The notes beneath the pieces were generated by a model, which was given only the letters and a program-made list of their open reading frames with translations, did no database searches and was not told the DNA's origin. Positions 57,617 to 64,000 of a stretch of 64,000 nt of DNA are shown here, piece by piece. The DNA comes from Sideroxydans sp. (GTDB lineage Bacteria; Pseudomonadota; Gammaproteobacteria; Burkholderiales; Gallionellaceae), in assembly GCA_016124455.1 (NCBI GenBank), contig WGNQ01000014.1, forward strand, positions 26,892-90,891, read 5' to 3'. Positions within the stretch are counted from its first letter, which is position 1, and each line of letters starts with the position of its first letter. The translations under genes were made by a program, and so were the position numbers.

Positions 57617-58744
57617 TTAATCCGGAGATTGACACAACAGGCTGCTGTCATGCTCCCCGGCAGTCGCCACCCGGTCCAGCGCGTGCAGCACGCTCATGCT
57701 GGATGTCTCGAGTTTAACCAGCCACTCCAGCGCCAGCTTTGCGTCGCCGCGACGGAATGCCTCGACTGCGGCGCGACCGCCTTCGTGAACCGCACGGTGC
57801 GGCGCCTCCATTTCGCGGTAGCCATCCAGTTTGGAAAAACAGTCCTTGCCCTCGCCCTGGTAGTACCACTTGCCTAAACGGCAATCGACGTGCGACGAGA
57901 AGCTGTCGGCGTTGCGTTCGGACAGGCCCATGAACACCTTGTAGACTTCGAATTTGTAGAGCACGTGGTCTATCTTCGCCACTTCCACGAAACTGCGCAA
58001 GGCGGCGGCGGAAATAGTGCCTTCCATGCGGTGCGACAAATCGAGCAGGTGCTTCATGTTGTGCATCACCTGCTCGACTTCCAGGCTGAACGCCTCGGAT
58101 TTGTGCGACCACTCGCCCATCTGGCTGCGCGTCTGCTCGGTTTCGTTCTGAATGGCGCCGACCAGCGTGGCAATTTCATTGGTCGCACTGGCGGTACGCT
58201 CGGCCAGCTTGCGCACCTCGTCCGCCACCACCGCAAATCCCCGCCCCTGTTCGCCTGCACGCGCCGCTTCAATCGCGGCATTCAGCGCCAGCAGGTTGGT
58301 CTGGTCGGCGATCTCCTTGATGAGTTTGACGATGCTGCCGATTTGCCCGGCCCGCTGGCTGAGGTTCTGGACGTTTTCCGAGGTACGCTTGGTGTCGCTG
58401 GCCAGTTCGGCCAGATTTTCGGCAATTTTCACCACGGCCACGCGGTTGCTGCCGGAAAGGCTCGCCGCCTCAATGGCATGCCCTTTTTCTTCCTTCATGT
58501 TGAGGGCGATCTGCGCCTGCGAAGTCTGCAAGGCGGTAAAGGAATCGCCAAATGCCTGCATGCTGCCGTAAATCTCATGTGCCACGAAACAGTCGCGCTC
58601 GGCATCTTCCGCCGTCTTGCGCAAAGCAGCATGCTCATGTTCTGCCGCTTCCAGTTCCGCACGCAGTCGTTCAACTTCCTGCTCGCTCTTCTGGATACGC
58701 TCCTGAAAACGCCTTTTCTCTTCCTTGTTGCGCGCAAAAAACAT
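57617..58744 (-). CDS. Soluble methyl-accepting chemotaxis-type signalling protein with a C-terminal CZB (chemoreceptor zinc-binding) domain
   Basis: 375 aa with no TM helix. MCP signalling hairpin ([40 protein letters not shown]). CZB motifs are DHVLYK ... [11 protein letters not shown] ... PHRAVHE. Confidence 0.82.
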   Translation of the reverse strand: MFFARNKEEKRRFQERIQKSEQEVERLRAELEAAEHEHAALRKTAEDAERDCFVAHEIYGSMQAFGDSFTALQTSQAQIALNMKEEKGHAIEAASLSGSNRVAVVKIAENLAELASDTKRTSENVQNLSQRAGQIGSIVKLIKEIADQTNLLALNAAIEAARAGEQGRGFAVVADEVRKLAERTASATNEIATLVGAIQNETEQTRSQMGEWSHKSEAFSLEVEQVMHNMKHLLDLSHRMEGTISAAALRSFVEVAKIDHVLYKFEVYKVFMGLSERNADSFSSHVDCRLGKWYYQGEGKDCFSKLDGYREMEAPHRAVHEGGRAAVEAFRRGDAKLALEWLVKLETSSMSVLHALDRVATAGEHDSSLLCQSPD

Positions 58745-58883
58745 GATGGGTACCCGAGCAATTATTGTTACTCAGTTTATCGACCAAACCCGGGAAATCT
58801 TGAACGCTGTTCAGCGTCTCGGCTGACCGTCAGGATTGCGTGTCAGGCAACCGCTGGAGGCGCGCAATACCAGGCGCGGGCTG

Positions 58884-59780
58884 TTATGCGCCGCGCCGGC
58901 CGGGACGGAAATAGCTGGTATTGTCGTAATAATGAGGGTCGCTATTTGCCGCCGCCCAGCCTGGCACACCCAGCAACGGCACCGGCGACAGTTCACGTGC
59001 GTTATGGCAATGCCCTGGCGCACGCAGGTAGGCCGCCAGCAATTTATCGAGGTGTGACAGCCTTGTTGCCAGCGGCCAGCTGAAAAATTCGCGCTCGACT
59101 GCCAGCACCAGCCCCTGCCCGGTCATGCCTACGTAGGGCTGCATGGCTTTCTCATACAGACCATGTCCGAAAAGATAGAAGCCCATCGCGGCATTGACAC
59201 GCATGCGCTGCCGCCAGAACAGTTCCTTCCATTGAAAGGTTCGCAACAGGCCCGCCAGTTCATCGTCGGCGTGTACCACAATCACACCGGACTCATCGAA
59301 CAGCGTGAGCATGTCCCGTCCGGCACCACGCTGGCCGGCATCAACAGCCGCGCCCTCAATCAAAGCCTGGTAATGCCGCGCATTGATGGCGGCCTTGGCT
59401 GCCGGAAAGGCCGGCCAGATCAATGCATTGAACAGGTCATGCCAGTTCTGCGGACGTGTCTGCACCTCCCCTTCCAGATAACAGCGCGGCTCGTACTGCG
59501 CTTCAAACGGCGCACTGTCGTGCACGGGCATGACGAACTGCAACGACTTCCCGCTTTGTCCCCGGGCCGGCATCCCGCATTGCACAAGCAGATCATTCAA
59601 GTCGGCCAGCGCAGGGAAACGGTCAACATCAAGGCGTTCAAGCAGGGAATGCAATGGCGCAAACATCGGTGACTGCAACAACGCTGCGCGATTCCACTGG
59701 AGTTCCGGTTTCATGGTTGCGCAGTGTACTCGAATTGCTCCAGGCTGCGCCGCAGCGGCATGTGCGGTGTTGTTTGTCAT
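58884..59780 (-). CDS. DUF3025 domain-containing protein
   Basis: About 276-298 aa. WHDLFNALIWPAFPAAKAAINARH matches my recollection of DUF3025. The start may instead be the ATG at 59714 (MKPELQW). Confidence 0.55.
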   Translation of the reverse strand: MTNNTAHAAAAQPGAIRVHCATMKPELQWNRAALLQSPMFAPLHSLLERLDVDRFPALADLNDLLVQCGMPARGQSGKSLQFVMPVHDSAPFEAQYEPRCYLEGEVQTRPQNWHDLFNALIWPAFPAAKAAINARHYQALIEGAAVDAGQRGAGRDMLTLFDESGVIVVHADDELAGLLRTFQWKELFWRQRMRVNAAMGFYLFGHGLYEKAMQPYVGMTGQGLVLAVEREFFSWPLATRLSHLDKLLAAYLRAPGHCHNARELSPVPLLGVPGWAAANSDPHYYDNTSYFRPGRRGA

Positions 59781-59826
59781 AAAAAATGGCGTAAGATAGC
59801 CGGCAAGTCATCGAAGGGAGCGCAGC

Positions 59827-61089
59827 ATGGCCAAGAAAAATGCATTTTATGCTCAGTCCGGCGGCGTCACTGCCGTCATCAATGCTTCCGCCTGCGGTGT
59901 GATTGAAGCTGCGCGCAAACACAAGGACAAGATCGGCAAGGTGTATGCCGGACGCAATGGCATTATCGGTGCGCTGACCGAAGACCTGATCGACACCTCC
60001 AGGGAATCCGCAAAAGCCATCGCAGCACTGCGCCACACGCCCTCCGGCGCATTCGGCTCCTGCCGCTACAAGCTCAAAGGGCTGGAAGAGAACCAGGCGC
60101 AGTACGAGCGCCTGATCGAAGTATTCAAGGCCCACAACATCGGATATTTCTTCTATAACGGCGGCGGCGATTCCGCCGACACCTGCCTCAAGGTTTCGCA
60201 ACTGGCCGACAAAATGGGCTATCCAATCCAGGCCATACATGTGCCCAAGACCGTTGATAACGACCTGCCCATCACCGACTGCTGTCCCGGTTTCGGTTCG
60301 GTGGCGAAGTACGTCGCGGTATCCGTGCGCGAAGCCAGTTTCGATGTCGCCTCGATGGCCAAGACCTCGACCAAGGTATTCGTGGTGGAAGTGATGGGAC
60401 GCCATGCAGGATGGATCGCCGCCGCAGGCGGACTGGCTTCGGACAAAAACTGCGAATTGCCCATCATCATCCTGTTTCCCGAGATTCCCTTCGACCAGAA
60501 AAAATTTCTCGCCAAGGTGGATGCCATGGTCAAGCAGCACGGCTATTGCTCCGTCGTGGTGTCAGAAGGGGTGCATGGCGCCGACGGCAAATTCCTGTCC
60601 GACCAGGGGCTGCGTGACGCCTTCGGCCACGCGCAATTGGGCGGCGCCGCGCCGGTCATTGCCAACATGGTCAAGGAGGCGCTGGGCTATAAATTCCACT
60701 GGGCAGTGGCCGATTACCTGCAACGCGCCGCACGCCACATCGCATCGAAAACCGATGTCGAACAGGCTTATGCGCTTGGCAAATCCGCCGTGAAACTCGC
60801 GCTGCAAGGACACAATGCGGTCATGCCCGCCATCATGCGCACCTCGGATCAGCCCTACAAATGGGAGATCGGCATCGCACCGCTTAAAGCCGTGGCCAAT
60901 GTGGAGAAGAAAATGCCGCGCAACTTCATCAGCCGGGACGGCTATGGCATCACCGGCAAGTGCCGCGCTTACCTGGCTCCGCTGATCAAGGGCGAAGACT
61001 ATCCGCCATACAAGGACGGCCTACCGCAATATGTGCGTCTCAAGAATACGGCCGTAAAAAAGAAGCTGAAGGAATTCAAACTCCAGTAA
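59827..61089 (+). CDS. pfp: Pyrophosphate-dependent 6-phosphofructokinase (diphosphate--fructose-6-phosphate 1-phosphotransferase)
   Basis: 420-aa PFK-A fold (GGGDSADT, VEVMGRHAGW). The motif PKTVDNDLP has Lys where ATP-PFKs have Gly (E. coli PGTIDND), which is the classic PPi-specificity marker. Adjacent to an H+-PPase gene. Confidence 0.8.
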   Translation: MAKKNAFYAQSGGVTAVINASACGVIEAARKHKDKIGKVYAGRNGIIGALTEDLIDTSRESAKAIAALRHTPSGAFGSCRYKLKGLEENQAQYERLIEVFKAHNIGYFFYNGGGDSADTCLKVSQLADKMGYPIQAIHVPKTVDNDLPITDCCPGFGSVAKYVAVSVREASFDVASMAKTSTKVFVVEVMGRHAGWIAAAGGLASDKNCELPIIILFPEIPFDQKKFLAKVDAMVKQHGYCSVVVSEGVHGADGKFLSDQGLRDAFGHAQLGGAAPVIANMVKEALGYKFHWAVADYLQRAARHIASKTDVEQAYALGKSAVKLALQGHNAVMPAIMRTSDQPYKWEIGIAPLKAVANVEKKMPRNFISRDGYGITGKCRAYLAPLIKGEDYPPYKDGLPQYVRLKNTAVKKKLKEFKLQ

Positions 61090-61134
61090 CTTCCGCCGAC
61101 CAGTTGCCGGCATAACCATAAACAGGGGGCAAAC

Positions 61135-63165
61135 ATGTCTGATGGCTTGATATTTACGCTGTTGTGCGCAATTGCCGCAATACTGTACGGCGCAATTTCC
61201 ATTAACTGGATCATGGGCAAGCCGACTGGCAATGACCGCATGCGTGAGATTGCAGCGGCGGTACAGGAAGGCGCAACGGCCTACCTGAACCGCCAGTACA
61301 CCACCATTGCCATGGTGGGTGCGGTATTGTTCATCGCGATTGCCGCCACCTTATCGCTCAAGACCGCGGTTGGTTTTGCTATCGGCGCGCTGCTATCCGG
61401 TGCCGCCGGTTATATCGGCATGAACGTATCGGTACGTGCCAACGTGCGCACCGCACAAGCCGCACATAACGGACTCAATGCCGCGTTGAACATCGCATTC
61501 AAGGGGGGCGCCATTACCGGCATGCTGGTGGTGGGACTCGGCCTGCTCGGCGTCGCCGGCTACTATGCCTATCTCGCTGCATCGGCACCGGCCGGTGCCA
61601 GCACGGTACAAATACTCGGCCCGCTGGTGGGACTGGGGTTCGGCGGCTCGCTGATATCCATCTTTGCCCGTCTCGGTGGCGGCATTTTCACCAAGGGTGC
61701 GGACGTGGGCGCTGACCTCGTAGGCAAAGTCGAAGCCGGCATTCCCGAAGACGACCCGCGCAATCCGGCGGTCATCGCCGACAACGTCGGTGACAACGTT
61801 GGCGACTGCGCCGGCATGGCGGCCGACCTCTTCGAGACCTATGCGGTAACCATCATCGCCACCATGCTGCTGGGCGGCATGCTGATGTCCCATGCCGGCC
61901 CGAATGCGGTGATCTACCCGCTGGCCCTGGGCGGCTTCTCGATCATCGCCTCCATTGTCGGCACGTTCTTCGTCAAGGCGCGCGAGGGAGGCAAGATCAT
62001 GAACGCGCTGTATCGCGGACTGATCGTCGCTGGCGTGCTCGCGCTGATCGCCTTTTACCCGATCACCAGCTGGCTGATGGGCGACAACGGCACATACAGC
62101 GTCAGCGCGTTATACGGCTCGGCCGTGATCGGCCTGCTGCTGACCGCAGCAATGGTGGTCATCACCGAATACTATACGGCGACCGAATACAGTCCGGTGC
62201 AGCATATCGCAAAAGCCTCCACTACCGGCCACGGCACCAACATCATTGCCGGCCTCGGCGTTTCGATGAAAGCCACCGCAGCGCCGGTACTCGCAGTATG
62301 CGCCAGCATTTTTGGCGCATATGAGATGGCCGGCCTGTATGGCATTGCCATCGCCGCAACCGCAATGCTTTCCATGACCGGCATCATCGTGGCGCTCGAT
62401 GCCTATGGCCCGATCACCGACAATGCCGGCGGCATCGCCGAAATGGCAGGACTGCCGGAAGAAATCCGCAACATCACTGACCCGCTCGATGCGGTCGGCA
62501 ATACCACCAAGGCCGTGACCAAGGGTTACGCCATCGGCTCTGCCGGCCTGGCGGCGCTGGTGCTGTTCGCCGACTACACGCATGCGCTGGAAGCACATCT
62601 GCACACTGCCACCTTGTTCGACCTGTCTGACCACATGGTGATCATCGGCCTGTTCATTGGCGGACTGGTTCCCTACCTGTTTGCCGCCATGGGCATGGAA
62701 GCCGTGGGGCGTGCCGCCGGCAGCGTGGTCGTTGAAGTGCGCCGCCAGTTCAAGGATATCCCCGGCATCATGCAGGGTACCGCCAAGCCAGACTATTCCA
62801 AGGCCGTGGATATGCTGACCAAGGCGGCGATCAAGGAAATGATCATTCCCTCGCTGCTGCCGGTGGCGGTACCTATCGTGGTTGGCCTCACGCTGGGCCC
62901 CAAAGCCCTGGGTGGCGTGCTGGTCGGCACCATCATCACCGGCATCTTCGTGGCCATTTCGATGACCACCGGCGGCGGTGCCTGGGACAATGCCAAGAAA
63001 TTCATCGAGGAAGGCAACTACGGTGGCAAGGGATCCGAAGCCCACAAGGCGGCGGTCACCGGCGATACCGTCGGCGACCCGTACAAGGATACCGCAGGCC
63101 CCGCGGTTAACCCGCTTATCAAGATCATCAACATTGTGGCCCTGCTGATCGTACCGTTGCTCTAA
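61135..63165 (+). CDS. hppA: Membrane-integral H+-translocating pyrophosphatase, K+-independent subtype
   Basis: 676 aa, about 16 [35 protein letters not shown] and [14 protein letters not shown]. The [10 protein letters not shown] motif has Lys/Thr at the positions that distinguish K+-independent enzymes. Confidence 0.92.
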   Translation: MSDGLIFTLLCAIAAILYGAISINWIMGKPTGNDRMREIAAAVQEGATAYLNRQYTTIAMVGAVLFIAIAATLSLKTAVGFAIGALLSGAAGYIGMNVSVRANVRTAQAAHNGLNAALNIAFKGGAITGMLVVGLGLLGVAGYYAYLAASAPAGASTVQILGPLVGLGFGGSLISIFARLGGGIFTKGADVGADLVGKVEAGIPEDDPRNPAVIADNVGDNVGDCAGMAADLFETYAVTIIATMLLGGMLMSHAGPNAVIYPLALGGFSIIASIVGTFFVKAREGGKIMNALYRGLIVAGVLALIAFYPITSWLMGDNGTYSVSALYGSAVIGLLLTAAMVVITEYYTATEYSPVQHIAKASTTGHGTNIIAGLGVSMKATAAPVLAVCASIFGAYEMAGLYGIAIAATAMLSMTGIIVALDAYGPITDNAGGIAEMAGLPEEIRNITDPLDAVGNTTKAVTKGYAIGSAGLAALVLFADYTHALEAHLHTATLFDLSDHMVIIGLFIGGLVPYLFAAMGMEAVGRAAGSVVVEVRRQFKDIPGIMQGTAKPDYSKAVDMLTKAAIKEMIIPSLLPVAVPIVVGLTLGPKALGGVLVGTIITGIFVAISMTTGGGAWDNAKKFIEEGNYGGKGSEAHKAAVTGDTVGDPYKDTAGPAVNPLIKIINIVALLIVPLL

Positions 63166-63189
63166 ACAGCAGAGAACTGCCAGCATCAG

Positions 63190-63214
63190 GGAGGCCAGCG
63201 ACTGGCCTCCTTTT
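63190..63214 (+). terminator. Rho-independent terminator after hppA
   Basis: GGAGGCCAG-CGA-CTGGCCTCC followed by TTTT. Confidence 0.8.
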
Positions 63215-63271
63215 CCATGCCCATCAATGTTAAAATCCGCATTTTTCATCACCTACTAGAGGCTTTGCATA

Positions 63272-63820
63272 ATGAGTTTGAATAAAGTCCCCTCCGGACA
63301 GAATTTGCCCGACGATTTCAACGTGATCATCGAAATTCCCATGCATGGCGAACCGGTGAAATACGAAGTGGACAAGGATTCCGGCGCGATCTTCGTTGAC
63401 CGCTTCATGAATACCGCAATGCATTACCCTTGCAACTACGGCTACATCCCGCACACATTGTCTGCAGATGGCGACCCGGTAGATGTGCTGGTGATCACCC
63501 CGGTACCGCTGAATACCGGCGTGGTGGTACGCTGCCGGCCGCTCGCCGTGCTGCAGATGGAAGACGAATCCGGGATGGATGCCAAGGTGCTGGCCGTGCC
63601 GGTTGATAAACTTTCCACCCTGTACCGCGGCCTGAAGAGCCACAATGAATTGCCGGAGATCGTACTCAAGCAGATCTCTCATTTCTTCGAGCACTACAAG
63701 GATCTCGAGCCCAACAAATGGGTCAAGATCAGCGGCTGGCAGGGCCTTGAAGAGGCACGCGCCGAAATCATGGCCGGAGTCGAGAACTACCAGAACTCGT
63801 CGGACAAACCACAGTTCTGA
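63272..63820 (+). CDS. ppa: Soluble inorganic pyrophosphatase (family I)
   Basis: 182 aa. [39 protein letters not shown] and DAKVLAVP. Confidence 0.93.
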   Translation: MSLNKVPSGQNLPDDFNVIIEIPMHGEPVKYEVDKDSGAIFVDRFMNTAMHYPCNYGYIPHTLSADGDPVDVLVITPVPLNTGVVVRCRPLAVLQMEDESGMDAKVLAVPVDKLSTLYRGLKSHNELPEIVLKQISHFFEHYKDLEPNKWVKISGWQGLEEARAEIMAGVENYQNSSDKPQF

Positions 63821-63841
63821 GGAAACAAGCAAGGAGCAGCC

Positions 63842-64000
63842 ATGACCGCACACATCATTGACGGCAAAGCCATCGCACAGGAAGTACGCGCCGAATGGAA
63901 GCTGCACGCCGACGAGCTCAAGGCGCGTGGCATCACGCCTGGCCTGGCGGTAATCATCGTCGGCGAAGACCCTGCTTCCAAGGTATACGTTGCCAACAAG
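63842..64000 (+). CDS. folD: Bifunctional methylenetetrahydrofolate dehydrogenase/cyclohydrolase, N-terminal 53 codons (3-prime end outside the window)
   Basis: [53 protein letters not shown] is the canonical FolD N-terminus. The ORF runs off the window end. Confidence 0.88.
   Translation, partial: MTAHIIDGKAIAQEVRAEWKLHADELKARGITPGLAVIIVGEDPASKVYVANK

Noticed and set aside
58743-58826. A 27-codon plus-strand ORF ([27 protein letters not shown]) in the MCP/DUF3025 spacer.
   Set aside because: It has no Shine-Dalgarno sequence, its ATG is simply the complement-overlap of the MCP start codon, and it has no distinguishing features. It is probably a chance ORF.

Overview
The window is a 64-kb chromosomal segment at roughly 60% GC. 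Its gene order looks betaproteobacterial (Nitrosomonadales/Rhodocyclales-like); that placement is my inference from synteny and cannot be verified here. Coding density is high: I call about 62 protein genes and one tRNA-Ser(GGA). I see no rRNA, CRISPR array, transposase, integrase or prophage genes.

Most of the content is housekeeping:
- Replication, repair and recombination: rep, dnaQ, rnhA, mutL, xseA, comEC.
- tRNA and rRNA modification: miaA, tilS, rlmN.
- Metabolism: gloB, ispG, ndk, accA, msrA, pntAA-pntAB-pntB, adk, folD.
- Envelope and cell shape: rodZ, pilW, lolCD, exbBD-lpxK-ycaR-kdsB.

Accessory or adaptive modules:
1. A complete Ara4N lipid-A modification cluster in the order arnT, arnE/F-like, arnB, arnC, split arnA, arnD. 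It has a trailing HDOD gene and a convergent ugd.
2. A TetR-MFP-RND efflux operon with a clear palindromic operator.
3. A pyrophosphate-economy cluster: PPi-dependent phosphofructokinase, K+-independent membrane H+-PPase and soluble PPase.
4. Signalling proteins: MASE1-PAS-GGDEF-EAL, an MscS-like channel fused to a cNMP-binding domain, a soluble MCP with a CZB zinc domain, and CYTH-CHAD.

I do not see an obvious multi-gene novel system such as a defence island. The most unusual things I can support directly from the sequence are:
- A ~40% GC orphan gene (190 aa, no family I recognise) sits in the normally conserved mutL-miaA junction and is translationally coupled to a TTG-start MFS transporter.
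- A second AT-rich islet after miaA carries a 35-codon membrane mini-ORF.
- The AT-rich xseA/exbB divergent spacer contains a tight array of three co-oriented DnaA-box-like 9-mers, one of them perfect, plus a fourth upstream.
- The pntAA leader contains an intrinsic-terminator-like hairpin.

All functional calls rest on my recognition of motifs in the supplied translations. No database searches were run.
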